Shown here: positions 50,362 through 60,886 of the stretch, in pieces
How positions within the stretch are numbered: the first letter of the stretch is position 1
Layout: the number at the start of each line of letters is the position of its first letter
Origin: Candidatus Zixiibacteriota bacterium
Lineage (GTDB): Bacteria > Zixibacteria > MSB-5A5 > UBA10806 > 4484-95
Length of the DNA: 64,000 nt
NCBI GenBank assembly: GCA_037441845.1
Contig: JBBIRK010000002.1
Span: 307,583-371,582 of the forward strand
Reading direction: 5' to 3'
Position numbers and translations under genes: made by a program
Notes under the pieces: generated by a model
What the model was told of the DNA's origin: nothing
The model's database searches: none
What the model saw: only the letters and a program-made list of their open reading frames with translations

Positions 50362-53300
50362 CTCGATTTCCTTTCGTCTTGACGCTGAAGCGGAATAGTG
50401 TCATGGTTATCGACGAGCGCGGGATTGGGATTCTTGATTCTGGCAAGATAGCTGGTGCGCGGCCGATTGTTCAATTCTGCGAGCAGCTCGTAATTGCGCG
50501 GGTCGGATTTCATTTTGCTGACCCGGCTTGCGCTATCGGATATATCTCCGAAAGTTATGGCGTTGGTCGGACACGCCTGCTGACAGGCGGTCAGTATTTC
50601 GCCGTCGCTGACTCGGCGGTTTTCGATTTTGGCGGAAATTTTAGCCCGATTTATTCGCTGAATACAATAGGTGCATTTTTCCATAACGCCGCGTGATCTG
50701 ACGGTGACATCGGGATTTTGCAGCATTTTCAGCGTTTCGGGCATCGACTTGGTGTAATTGAAGAAGTTGAAGCGGCGCACTTTATAAGGACAATTATTGG
50801 AACAATAGCGGGTCCCCACGCAACGGTTATAGACCATGGCGTTCAAGCCTTCATGGTCGTGGACTGTCGCCTGAACCGGACAGACCTGTTCGCAAGGAGC
50901 GTTTTCGCAATGCTGGCAAGGGACCGGCATGAACAACATGTCCGGCGAATCGGCCGAACCGCTGAAATACCTATCGACTCTGATCCAGTGCATCTCTCTC
51001 CCCCGGGCCACACCTTCTTTGCCGACCACGGGGATATTGTTTTCGCTCTGACATGCGATCGTGCAGGCGCCGCATCCTATGCAGGAATTAAGATCGATCA
51101 CCATCCCCCATTGATAGTCGCCGGTTAATTCGGGTTCTTTCCAGAGCGATTTCAGCGGAGGGTGCTCGACCATTTCGGAGGCGAATTCCGGATGGGAACG
51201 GAAATAAGCGAGGTCCGCTTGACGGATCAGCGGCCTGCCCTTCATGGAGTGATGTTCCTGAGTGCAGACCAATTTGTATCGGCCTCCGGTTTTGGCGACC
51301 GCTACCCCGTTGACGAAATACGGGTCTTGGGAACGTCGGAGCCGAAACGTATTGAAACCGACGCCGTTACCCACCCTGCCGACGGCCGTTCTGCCATAGC
51401 CAAGCTCGATTACAATCACTCCGTCTGCGATTCCGGGAGTAACGATAATCGGAAGCTCAAGAACGGCTCCTTGATTGTTCACAGCGATCATATCGCCGTC
51501 GCGTAAATCGAGATTTCGGGCCAAAGCGGCGCCGATGCGGGCGGGATTGTCCCAGGTGATTTTAGTCACCGGATCGGGCAGCTCCTGAAGCCAACTCAGA
51601 TTGGCATAGCGGCCATCGTAAGTGCTCGGTGATTGGATGAAAGTCAACTCCAGACCGTGCCGGATATCGGGAGCCGATGAGAAAGGTTCGGCGGCAAGAT
51701 ATTTTCCCAATGGGGTGAAATCCGGCCTGGCGACATTCGGCGTCGATTCTGAATAAAAACCATCGTGAAGCACTTTCCGCCAATTGAATTCGAATGAATC
51801 CTCGATTATGCCGCGCCATGTCCGACGGACGATTTCATAGCCGTTTTCGGGTTGGCCGGCAGCCAGTTGTGCAGCGATTTCAACGACAGAGCGGCCGCCG
51901 TAAAGGGGAGCGATCAGCGGCTGCGCGACACTGCGCACACCATCAATTGAGACAGCGTCTCCCCAACTTTCAAGGTAATGTGCCGCAGGCAGATGCCAGT
52001 TGGAAAGCGCCGCGGTTTCATCGTAATAGGTTCCGAAGTGAATTTTATTCCGGACGCCGGCGACCGCTTGGGCAAAATCAATATCGGCCGGGGCGCAATA
52101 GGCAAGATTGGTATCGAGCATTATCAAGGTCGAAATATGTCCGGCCTTGATCTGCGTCATCAACGAATTGAAAGCCACGGTATCGGGGATCAGAGCATAC
52201 GGCAGCCGGTTATAACGGACCAACTCATTTTCGGGATTCAAGAGCGAGTTCAAAAGGCAAACCAGAGCATGTACTGTCGGCGGCTGGGTTTTTCCGGCGC
52301 AAATCAAGGCATGATTTTTATTGGCGAATAAATCGGCCGCCAGAACCTCGACGAATTTCCGATCAAACTCAATGGTAATGTCGGCCGAGGGGATTTTTGC
52401 CGGCAGACTCAAATCGAGCCGTTTCAGTCCGTCGATCAGCATCAGCAGGAAAATTTCGACTTTCGAGGGCGGCAGAGCCAGCCGATGGTCGGCCATGGCG
52501 CCGGTGATCGAATGATTGCCCTCCACGCAATAAAGCCTGTTCATTGCGTTCGACTCGATATCAGGATAGCGGGAGCGGGCGAAATTCGCCGCGTTTTTTA
52601 TCGCTCCCGTCTCGGAACCGAGGAAATCGCAATCGAGCGACAAAATGATGCGGGCGCGGTCGAATGAATATTCGGGGAGCTGCGGCTCTCCCGTTGCCGC
52701 CTCGACTCCCCGCAAGATATTTTCATCGGAGATCGGTTCATAAGCGATCCAATGCGCTTCGGGGAAAGTATCGAGAAACCGCCGCCGCAGGTGATGCAAT
52801 GTGGGGGAGTTGAACGACGAACCGATTACTGCCAGCCCTTTTCCTCTGTCGGCCAAATGCGTATCGAAAATAATTTTCCAGTAAGAATCGAAGTCGCTCC
52901 AATCGGAGACGGAGCCGTTGTTCATGACTTTTTGCGAGCGATCCGGATCGTATAGTTCGAGAATCGATGCCAAAATGAAGGGATCTGCCAAGCCGCGAGT
53001 GGAGGGATGATCTTTGTTCCCCTCGATTTTGGTCGGTCTCCCCTCGTGCGTCTCCACTATCAAGCCGAAAGATTGCAAACCGAACGGCATGGTGGTGGCA
53101 TAATATTGGGGGACTCCGGGGATGACCTCTTCGGGAGGAATCACGTACGGTATGATTTTTTCGACCGGTCGGCGGCAACCGGCAAGACCGGCGAGAGCAA
53201 GCGAAGCCGACATGAGCGAGAGAAAAGAACGTCGGCTTACGAAATCGCCGGCGGACTCGATCGCACCCGGGAAATGTTCTTTCAGGAACGATTCGTCACT

Positions 53301-53393
53301 GAATTCCGAAGGTTCTACATGGGCATTGTTCCCTGATTCGGCGAATTCCCGGAAACTTCGCCACTGACGATCCTGATTATTTTTCTTCATCAT
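50358..53393 (-). CDS. actB: alternative complex III subunit ActB (molybdopterin-oxidoreductase-like + Fe-S domain)
   Basis: Tat motif SRRSFL then [49 protein letters not shown]. Confidence 0.95.
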   Translation of the reverse strand: MMKKNNQDRQWRSFREFAESGNNAHVEPSEFSDESFLKEHFPGAIESAGDFVSRRSFLSLMSASLALAGLAGCRRPVEKIIPYVIPPEEVIPGVPQYYATTMPFGLQSFGLIVETHEGRPTKIEGNKDHPSTRGLADPFILASILELYDPDRSQKVMNNGSVSDWSDFDSYWKIIFDTHLADRGKGLAVIGSSFNSPTLHHLRRRFLDTFPEAHWIAYEPISDENILRGVEAATGEPQLPEYSFDRARIILSLDCDFLGSETGAIKNAANFARSRYPDIESNAMNRLYCVEGNHSITGAMADHRLALPPSKVEIFLLMLIDGLKRLDLSLPAKIPSADITIEFDRKFVEVLAADLFANKNHALICAGKTQPPTVHALVCLLNSLLNPENELVRYNRLPYALIPDTVAFNSLMTQIKAGHISTLIMLDTNLAYCAPADIDFAQAVAGVRNKIHFGTYYDETAALSNWHLPAAHYLESWGDAVSIDGVRSVAQPLIAPLYGGRSVVEIAAQLAAGQPENGYEIVRRTWRGIIEDSFEFNWRKVLHDGFYSESTPNVARPDFTPLGKYLAAEPFSSAPDIRHGLELTFIQSPSTYDGRYANLSWLQELPDPVTKITWDNPARIGAALARNLDLRDGDMIAVNNQGAVLELPIIVTPGIADGVIVIELGYGRTAVGRVGNGVGFNTFRLRRSQDPYFVNGVAVAKTGGRYKLVCTQEHHSMKGRPLIRQADLAYFRSHPEFASEMVEHPPLKSLWKEPELTGDYQWGMVIDLNSCIGCGACTIACQSENNIPVVGKEGVARGREMHWIRVDRYFSGSADSPDMLFMPVPCQHCENAPCEQVCPVQATVHDHEGLNAMVYNRCVGTRYCSNNCPYKVRRFNFFNYTKSMPETLKMLQNPDVTVRSRGVMEKCTYCIQRINRAKISAKIENRRVSDGEILTACQQACPTNAITFGDISDSASRVSKMKSDPRNYELLAELNNRPRTSYLARIKNPNPALVDNHDTIPLQRQDERKSS

Positions 53394-54037
53394 CTATGGC
53401 ATCCCGTGCAATCCGTTGGCGGATTCACTTTCTTTGGTTCTGATTCGGAGGTTAATTTTTCATTCGGAAAAACGGTTGGCTTCCAATTCATATCGGTGAT
53501 TTTATCGGCAGGGCGTCTTTGCGGATCCGGATTCCGATGACAAGCAAGACACCACGACATCGAGAGCGGCTGTGACTGCATCACCCTTTCCATCCTGTCG
53601 ATCCGGCCATGACAGCTCTGGCAGCCGATACCTGCGCTCAAGTGGACGGCGTGATTGAAATAAGCGTAATCGGGTGTTTTATGAACCCGTACCCAGGGGA
53701 TCGCGGAATTATTTTTCCAGCTGTCGCGCAGCGGGATGAGTTTTTCGCTGTTTGCGCCGATGATGCCGTGGCAATTCATGCAGACCGAAGTGGGCGGCAA
53801 ATTGGCTGTGGGGGATCTTTCGATGTTATAGTGACAGTAACGGCAATCCATACCCAAATCACCGGCATGCAATTTGTGGCTGAATTCTATGGGCTGCTGC
53901 GGGCGATAGCCGACATCGGTGTAACGGGGGGAACCGAAATACCAGACGAAGGCGATCGCGGTAAGGGCGAAAAATAAAATGAATAGAGCCGCGATCAGCG
54001 GAATCTTATTTGTCCACCGCGGGAAAATTTGCGCCAA
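53390..54037 (-). CDS. actA: alternative complex III pentaheme cytochrome ActA
   Basis: Five CxxCH (CRYCH, CMNCH, CQSCH, CLACH, CTGCH), P.QPI.FSHKLH; TTG start with GAGGA. Confidence 0.93.
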   Translation of the reverse strand: MAQIFPRWTNKIPLIAALFILFFALTAIAFVWYFGSPRYTDVGYRPQQPIEFSHKLHAGDLGMDCRYCHYNIERSPTANLPPTSVCMNCHGIIGANSEKLIPLRDSWKNNSAIPWVRVHKTPDYAYFNHAVHLSAGIGCQSCHGRIDRMERVMQSQPLSMSWCLACHRNPDPQRRPADKITDMNWKPTVFPNEKLTSESEPKKVNPPTDCTGCHR

Positions 54038-54265
54038 TTAAATCCTCATCGCCAATGTCATGAACGACAGTATCCGTGCCGCCAATTTCAGGGGAATGGA
54101 ACATTATTTTTGTCAACAAGGTTTCCGCATAAAGACGATTTGCTAAAATTTTAAGGGTTCATGATAGTTGATTTACCGGATTTTTGCAAGCGATATCGCG
54201 CTGCATCGCAGGCGAGATTGAGCGCGGTGGATATTTCTAATAATTAAATTGGAGGACTAAGCAAA

Positions 54266-56110
54266 ATGAAGAAAACTGCGAGACTGATAATAATAAGTGC
54301 GATATGGATATTCGGCACGATTGCGCGGGCGGATTTTATCAGTGAAAATTACGTGACCGGACAGTCATTCATAACCACGGTGGCATTTTCGCCGAACGGC
54401 CAGATGTTTTTTATAGAAAAGAATACGGGAAGGGTGAAAGTCGTGCTCGGACAAAACAACGTTCGAGCGACGCCGTTTTATCAGTTCGCGGTCAACGTTT
54501 CGGGGGAACGCGGCGGGCTGGGACTGACATTTCATCCTGATTACCCTGATTCGCCCTACGTATATTGTTTCGTGACCCAGGCAGGTCCGCCGCTGGCCAA
54601 TGCGGTGATCAGATTGACCGACAGCTTGGGTTACGGCACCAATCCGGATACTATATTTATCGCTCCTATAATCACCTCGGCTACCAATCACAACGGCGGC
54701 AACATTCGTTTCGGCCCCGATGGCAAATTATACGTGACGATCGGCGAAAACGCACAGCCGTCGTGGGCGCAGGATACATGCAACGTATGGGGCAAGATTC
54801 TGCGCTTGAACAGCGACGGAACGGTTCCCACGGATAATCCGATAGGTTGCGCTCCGATTTATGCGTATGGACTGCGCAACAGTTATGATTTTTGCTTTCA
54901 TCCGGTAAGTGGGCTGTTATATGCAACGGAAAACGGTCCGGCTGCCAACGACGAATTGAATAGAATTCTGCCGGGACGCAATTACGGCTGGCCCGCGGTT
55001 CAATGCATGTCAACGAACCCGGCCTACGAAAATCCTCTGCTTTGCTGGACGCCGACGATCGCGCCGACGGGAATTGTGGCCGTTCACCAGAGCCTTATAC
55101 CTGAATTCAACGGTAAGTTGCTAATGACCGACTACAATACGGGCAGTCTCAGGTCGCTTACGCTCAATGCCACGGGTGACTCGATTATAAGTGATACAAT
55201 CGTTTACAGCGTCGGCTCGGGGCTGATCGACGTGGAACAGGGAACGGACGGTTATATTTACTTGACCAGGAGCAACGGAAGTATAGTGAGGTTGCGTCCG
55301 GCGACGCCGCCGCAGGCGCCGACTATCATAGATTTTTATCCCGGCGGCGACACTACGATCGCGGTGGGCGGCGTTTTGAATTTCGGCGTAGAGGCGACCG
55401 ACCCCGACAGCGATACGCTCTATTTTTCTTGGTTCAGAAACGGATCGCCCGCGGGGAGTGATTCGATTGCCGCATTTTCTTTCGTTTCGCCGGGACAGGA
55501 AATTATCCGAGCGATAGTTTCCGATGGGTTTCTGGCCGATTCGATCGACTGGCGGATCGAAATCTACACCACGGGAGGAAATCCTCCCGGACCGTTTGCT
55601 TTGGGCGAACCGATAGACCACGCGGCGAGCGTGGTTCGATTTACCAAATTTATTTGGCGGACGAGTATCGATACCGATTCCGGTTCGGTCGTGAATTACG
55701 AATTATTCATCGATTCCGACACGATATTCGACGACGGATTGCGGATAAATTGCGGCGGCGATACGGCGTCGACGGTGGGCACAGATACTCTCGGGGGATT
55801 GGCAAGTATTTTATACTGGAAGGTTTTGGCGATCGACAACGACAGTTTGGTGCGGCAAGGGGGGATTCCTTTCCCGGAAATGCGTGACCTGCGTATATTG
55901 CCCGCAGGCGATGCTAATTCCAACGGTGAACTGAGAGGCTCCGACGTCACGTTTCTGGTCAGCTTTTTTAAGGGGACGAATTTTCCGCCCGAGCCCTTAC
56001 TTGCCGCCGATGCGAACGGCGATTGTCAAGTACAGGGATCGGATGTAACTTATTTGGTGAGGTATTTCAAGGGACACGGCACGGCGCCGATCAGGCCGGA
56101 TTGTCCATAA
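54266..56110 (+). CDS. secreted PQQ-dependent sugar-dehydrogenase-like beta-propeller with Ig-like and C-terminal dockerin-like domains
   Basis: Signal peptide; GERGGLG..FHP, HNGG.I.FGPDGKLY, YGLRN, NYGWP; GDANSNG..RGSDVTFLV and ADANGDC...GSDVTYLV repeats. Confidence 0.85.
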   Translation: MKKTARLIIISAIWIFGTIARADFISENYVTGQSFITTVAFSPNGQMFFIEKNTGRVKVVLGQNNVRATPFYQFAVNVSGERGGLGLTFHPDYPDSPYVYCFVTQAGPPLANAVIRLTDSLGYGTNPDTIFIAPIITSATNHNGGNIRFGPDGKLYVTIGENAQPSWAQDTCNVWGKILRLNSDGTVPTDNPIGCAPIYAYGLRNSYDFCFHPVSGLLYATENGPAANDELNRILPGRNYGWPAVQCMSTNPAYENPLLCWTPTIAPTGIVAVHQSLIPEFNGKLLMTDYNTGSLRSLTLNATGDSIISDTIVYSVGSGLIDVEQGTDGYIYLTRSNGSIVRLRPATPPQAPTIIDFYPGGDTTIAVGGVLNFGVEATDPDSDTLYFSWFRNGSPAGSDSIAAFSFVSPGQEIIRAIVSDGFLADSIDWRIEIYTTGGNPPGPFALGEPIDHAASVVRFTKFIWRTSIDTDSGSVVNYELFIDSDTIFDDGLRINCGGDTASTVGTDTLGGLASILYWKVLAIDNDSLVRQGGIPFPEMRDLRILPAGDANSNGELRGSDVTFLVSFFKGTNFPPEPLLAADANGDCQVQGSDVTYLVRYFKGHGTAPIRPDCP

Positions 56111-56206
56111 ACGATATCGACATGGGAAGGAAATTCCGATCGATTATCGCTGACGATTCGCTATCGCGAAATGTGGAATATTCGGCAGCGATCGATCAAT
56201 AATCTC

Positions 56207-56234
56207 TTGACAATGGTGATACCGCCTATATTTT
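56207..56234 (+). promoter_or_regulatory. promoter for tRNA-fMet (TTGACA-N16-TATTTT)
   Basis: Perfect -35; -10 ends 9 nt before the tRNA. Confidence 0.55.
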
Positions 56235-56243
56235 GGTGAATGA

Positions 56244-56298
<55 letters not shown>

Positions 56299-56320
<22 letters not shown>

Positions 56321-57477
56321 AGTTTAAGCCCCTGAAGTTCAACGACTTCGGGGGTTCTCATTTTCGGGGAATTTCCTTCAGAAACCGGATTTTCTAACAG
56401 TTTTCTAACAAAATTCCCAAAAACTGTTTTATCCAATCTCCGCGCTGCATCATTTTCAAGGTTCGGCATTAAATGTCCATACCGATCAAGAGTCGTTTTC
56501 GCCGACGCATGACCGAGCTGCGATTGTATGAACTTGATGTTCTCACCCTGAGAAATTAAGAGTGATGCATACGTGTGTCGGAGATCGTGGAAGCGTATCC
56601 GGCGTAAGCCTGCTCTGTCCAGTGCGGGAAGAAACTCTCGCTTGATGAGGTTCTCGGGATCAAGAGACAAACCATTTTCATTGGAAAAAACCAAATCCAT
56701 CTCGGATGCTCTTCCAATGAGACGGTGTTGTTCAAGCGCCTGACGAAGTACCGGAGACATTACAATCCTGCGGATCGTATTCTTCGTTTTGGGCTTGATG
56801 AATTTTCCTCGAAAGATAGAACGTCTGACCGATATCTCGCTGGAATTCCAATCGATGTCAGCCCATTGCAGAGCCAGAAGCTCGCCGCGTCTCATGCCGG
56901 TCATTACGGCCGTCAAAAACAAAGTGTAATAAACCGGATTGACGTTTTCCAAAAAGAGTCGAATCTCCTCGGGCTTGAGAAAATCCATCTCTTCCTGATC
57001 GAAGCGCGGACGCTTCACATACAATGAAGGGTCACGCTTGATATAACCCCAGATAACGGCGTGCTTGAACATCTCCTTAAAGGGAACCAGAATATTCACA
57101 ACGGATTTTGGACTCTGATTCTCCTTCGTGATCTTTTCGGATACGAATTTCTGTATATCCGAAGTCGAAATCCGATGGAGGAACTGCTTTCCAAAGCGAG
57201 GATTCAGGTGAAGCCTCACAATGGACCTGTAGCTGATATAAGTGGATTCCTTCACGGAGATTCTGGCGTAATCGGATAACCATTTCTCGGCGAACTCCTC
57301 AAAGAGTATCTTGTTAAACTCCTGATAAGTCCCGTTATTGATTTGATTCATCCGTTTTGCCAGAAGCTTCTCCGCGGCTCTCTTGCTATTACCAGCTCGT
57401 TCCCATTTCTGGGTTACGCCGTCCCGATAGACCGCATACCAAGTATCAGAGCGTTGCACAACGCTTCCTTTTGCCAA
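56299..57477 (-). CDS. int: tyrosine recombinase / integrase
   Basis: GMRRGE, PKT, FHDLRHT, LGH, RYGH catalytic set; TTG start at 57477 with GGAGGTG RBS. Confidence 0.95.
56326..56356 (+). terminator. hairpin downstream of tRNA-fMet
   Basis: GCCCCTGAAGT-tcaacg-ACTTCGGGGGT. Confidence 0.6.
56390..56410. repeat. tandem 10-bp repeat TTTTCTAACA, likely integrase arm-type sites
   Basis: Exact copies at 56390-56399 and 56401-56410, about 70 nt inside the att site. Confidence 0.6.
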
Positions 57478-57655
57478 TTCGTTCTCACCTCCTTTCCAGT
57501 TGGCCGGTTTGAGGGTGTGAAAGACTCCGGGGACAACCGCCGGATTGCCCGAGAAAGCTCCCCTCGGTATCCCCGATATTGTCAATATCTGAATCATAGC
57601 CGGCTACAATATAACGATAAATACCGGCCGGATCAATCACCTTGCTTCAGCGTGA

Positions 57656-57850
57656 TTACATCTCTGTATCTTGGTCGATTTTCTTGCTCTCAAGGTATTC
57701 GTCTATTTCTTCTTCAGAAAATCGAACATATCGGCCAATCTTATGGAAAGGCAATCTTTCTGGTCCATGGCGACGCGTGCGGTCATAAACCCAGGACACC
57801 GGGACCTTCAGTCTTGCCGCCAGTTCTTTGGCGTCGATCATCTGTCTCAT
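57656..57850 (-). CDS. xis: excisionase-type helix-turn-helix protein
   Basis: 64 aa, ELAARLKVP.SWVY, LPF.KIGR.VRF; directly upstream of int. Confidence 0.85.
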   Translation of the reverse strand: MRQMIDAKELAARLKVPVSWVYDRTRRHGPERLPFHKIGRYVRFSEEEIDEYLESKKIDQDTEM

Positions 57851-57856
57851 AACAGT

Positions 57857-58555
57857 CTATTCCCCTATCACATAGATTCGAACCATTACTTCACTTTTGA
57901 GCATTATTCCACTTTTTTGGGCTGCCTTGGAAAGACGCTCGTAGACGCCCTTCATTCTCTTATTCATCGAAATCTGCCATTGTAGCTGATATTCAACTTC
58001 CTGAAACCATGGCGTCAACGGCGCTTTATCTTCTTCCGTCAGGAAGAACCAGTCGCCCATCATTTTTCTAATTGCGGCTTTCTGTCTCGAAGAAACAGCT
58101 TTTTGCTCCCCTGTTGATTCATGCTCCTTTCCGTACTGGTGCCAATCCATCAGCCTTTCCAATGTCTTGATCTCTTCTGCGAAGTTGACAGCGACCCAGC
58201 CATCCGCTTCGGCCTCCATTTCTAAAATAGCTCCTTCGCGCTTTCCCGCATGATCGAGATAAATGTGGGCCAGTTCGTGAAGGAAAAGATAGAAGCGGTC
58301 CTCGATATAGTAATTGCCGGGCAAGTATAGATGGATTGTGCATTTCTCGTTCCTTGCCGACATACATGCCCCGCCGGCGAACATGGGATGGAGGCCGACA
58401 ACCCTGGACAAGCACTCTTTCCAGTCCCCATATTCCTTGTAGATCCGAATACTGACCTGCTTACCGGTTAGTTCGGAGGCAAACCGCTGCCAAAGAGCCA
58501 GCGTTTCGCCAGGGGGCCAGTAGCTCTTTATGTCTTCCATTCCCAATCCTTTCAT
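57857..58555 (-). CDS. HExxH metallopeptidase-like protein (ImmA/IrrE-like)
   Basis: FLHELAHIYLDH...EAEADGW. Confidence 0.65.
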   Translation of the reverse strand: MKGLGMEDIKSYWPPGETLALWQRFASELTGKQVSIRIYKEYGDWKECLSRVVGLHPMFAGGACMSARNEKCTIHLYLPGNYYIEDRFYLFLHELAHIYLDHAGKREGAILEMEAEADGWVAVNFAEEIKTLERLMDWHQYGKEHESTGEQKAVSSRQKAAIRKMMGDWFFLTEEDKAPLTPWFQEVEYQLQWQISMNKRMKGVYERLSKAAQKSGIMLKSEVMVRIYVIGE

Positions 58556-58556
58556 T

Positions 58557-58847
58557 CTAATTGGTTGTCCTGTCAGGTCTGAATGCCAGAGCGAGGTCGG
58601 CGCCTGACGTCGCTGCCATTGCTGCGGTCGGCATCAACGTCGCCGCCGTGGTAAACAGCTCCATCGCGACCATGATAATCGCAACTGCCTTTGACAGCAG
58701 GCCTTGAGACCTGTTTTTGTCAAGGTGCCGCATAACCTTGCCCAGCTTGGCTGTCAGTTCAGTCATTACCATAACCAGCCGCAGAATGGTCAGAACTTGC
58801 AGGGCCAGAACGATCGCAACGACCATTAACCATCGATTTGTGTTCAT
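58557..58847 (-). CDS. small hydrophobic membrane protein
   Basis: Two hydrophobic stretches; ATGA overlap with upstream gene. Confidence 0.55.
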   Translation of the reverse strand: MNTNRWLMVVAIVLALQVLTILRLVMVMTELTAKLGKVMRHLDKNRSQGLLSKAVAIIMVAMELFTTAATLMPTAAMAATSGADLALAFRPDRTTN

Positions 58848-59776
58848 GTTTGTTCTTCCTCATCTTCATGGAATGCTGTCTCGGAATTGTCGGTGTCTCT
58901 CGGAACAGGGGGCTCATTGTCGAAGCTCAGCGACAACTGTTGATCCTCTTTAGGCTTAAAGAGCGATCTGACGGCTTCGTCGACGTCCTCTGGAAGGCAT
59001 TTCATGACTGAGCTGTCATTCGGGGAAAATCTAATTAACTGCGCTGTTGAAGTATCGTACGCAGGGTAAGCAATCAGAATCGATTCTTCCGCCCGGTCGA
59101 ATTTTCTCAGAACGACTTCTTCAATAAATCCAAATATGCTGCGCTTAATAATGAAAGTCAGCCATCCAAAGGCCTGCCGTACCCAGCGTCCGCTTTTGAG
59201 TATGGCCAAATGCAAGACTGCCGCAAAGAGAGCGAAAACAAAGGCCAGTAAGGGGAAGCTCTCCTCACCCTGGCTTGTGGCCGCAAAGAAGGTCGCCATT
59301 ACCAACAGCGGGGTAACGAGCACCATTGCATAGCCTATAACCGAAAAGATTTGGAATTCCCTGCGGCTTCCATCCCAATGGGGTGTTTCCTTAGCATTAT
59401 GAATTATGACACCAAGAATAGCCTCAATCGAGACCATGAATATCGGCGCGAAAATCCTCGTAAGCGTGGTGAAGACTGGCTGCTGCGGGAAGAATGTTCT
59501 GGCGCTGTAATCGGCCACCGGAGAAATGAAAAGAGCGTCCATGACTGATGCAATGGGCATCAAGGCGATGACCATAATGTCGATAGCCGTCTGATCGGCA
59601 TCAGGGTTAACCCAGTGGGGATGGGCTTGTTCAAACTCTGTAATCCTCTTCTGTATTTTTTCGATTCCTTTTCGGGCTCGTTTCAACTTCCGCGACCAGT
59701 ATACCAGCAAGTGGTAAGATTCCATCTGAACAAGATTAAGGCGCCGCAGCGCTGCCGAAAGGTGCTTAACGCCCAT
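58844..59776 (-). CDS. multi-pass membrane protein (about 4 TM) with N-terminal coiled coil
   Basis: AAAGGAGG RBS; four hydrophobic segments; acidic tail. Confidence 0.7.
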   Translation of the reverse strand: MGVKHLSAALRRLNLVQMESYHLLVYWSRKLKRARKGIEKIQKRITEFEQAHPHWVNPDADQTAIDIMVIALMPIASVMDALFISPVADYSARTFFPQQPVFTTLTRIFAPIFMVSIEAILGVIIHNAKETPHWDGSRREFQIFSVIGYAMVLVTPLLVMATFFAATSQGEESFPLLAFVFALFAAVLHLAILKSGRWVRQAFGWLTFIIKRSIFGFIEEVVLRKFDRAEESILIAYPAYDTSTAQLIRFSPNDSSVMKCLPEDVDEAVRSLFKPKEDQQLSLSFDNEPPVPRDTDNSETAFHEDEEEQT

Positions 59777-59777
59777 A

Positions 59778-60584
59778 TTAACCTCCTTTCTGCGTCGACA
59801 TCTCAGTCATCGACATGGCTTGATGATTGGCAAGAATGTAACGAATGGCCGCCGGGAGACTCTCGAACCTAACCGGTTTGAGCGCGGCCAGGCACCCCTC
59901 CCGAGCGCCAGGGACTAAAAGGTACTCCACGCCGTCAGCCGGTCTGATAGCCGGCTGGGATGAGGAGTTGTGCTCCCCATCGCTGCACAATATTGCGTAC
60001 TTTAGTGGTGAATCGTTCCATGAAGCATCGGATTCCAACAGAAAGGTATTCGCGCGCATTACCGCGTTATAAATGTCGGTGGCACGCTGGTCAGCGGGCC
60101 TTGATATCATCGAATCGAGTGTCAACCAAAAGGCCTTTATGCTCGGGTCGCGCGACCTCTTCCACTGGGCCAAGGTCTCTGTATAAGAAACCATCTCTTT
60201 CTGGTAGGCAGCTTTGACCTTGGCCTCGAGGAATACATTGGGCATAAGATCCGAGCTGTCAATCGGCGCGATCGGCGGCACTTCAATCCGAATCCGCAGG
60301 AGGGGATTCTCACTAACAGATTCGATTGTTCCCACCGCAAGTTCACCGCCGACATCCGTCATCAGTTCCAATAGAGGGGCAATCGCGAGGCTATCGGCGT
60401 TGGGCACGCCATGTCTTGCAGATGAGCCCGTTTTATCAAGAAGAATAACGACCTTAACGGACGGCGGAGGCGTGACGTTGGCAAGAATCGCCCGATCCCT
60501 TTCTTGTCCGCATCCAACCATTAGAAATACCGTGGGAAGGACGAAAAATACCAGGACAAAGTTGGTAAACCTATGATTTCGCAT
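59778..60584 (-). CDS. vWA-domain lipoprotein
   Basis: Lipobox MVGC; MIDAS-like VILLDKTGS, ATD, ILCSDG. Confidence 0.7.
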   Translation of the reverse strand: MRNHRFTNFVLVFFVLPTVFLMVGCGQERDRAILANVTPPPSVKVVILLDKTGSSARHGVPNADSLAIAPLLELMTDVGGELAVGTIESVSENPLLRIRIEVPPIAPIDSSDLMPNVFLEAKVKAAYQKEMVSYTETLAQWKRSRDPSIKAFWLTLDSMISRPADQRATDIYNAVMRANTFLLESDASWNDSPLKYAILCSDGEHNSSSQPAIRPADGVEYLLVPGAREGCLAALKPVRFESLPAAIRYILANHQAMSMTEMSTQKGG

Positions 60585-60801
60585 TATTAGGCTCCTTTCT
60601 TAAATATGTATCAGGTTTCTTATTGCATTTTCGTCTAGTTAAGTCTTGGATTGTTGTGGTCATTTCCAGTTGCATATCATCATGAGTGTCGATTTTTCGT
60701 TTCTTACTTAGTGAGCGAGTCGCCCCTTCCAAGAAGAGTCCGACAATTATCGAAATTCGCTCTTTTCTTTCACTCTGAAGCGGCATTTTACTCAACTCCA
60801 T
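60571..60801 (-). CDS. hypothetical small protein
   Basis: AAAGGAG RBS before ATG; overlaps next gene. Confidence 0.5.
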   Translation of the reverse strand: MELSKMPLQSERKERISIIVGLFLEGATRSLSKKRKIDTHDDMQLEMTTTIQDLTRRKCNKKPDTYLRKEPNNAKS

Positions 60802-60886
60802 GCTTCTCCTTTCGCATATCCCGACGCGGTAGAAACGTTGTCGGGCGGTGTAATAGATAGTGTAATCAATTGCATCACCTCGCCAG

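Noticed and set aside
1..56243. High frequency of TCGA/CGAT words suggesting a HIP1-like repeat
   Set aside because: The full GCGATCGC octamer is seen only a few times; the pattern fits codon preference and was not quantified
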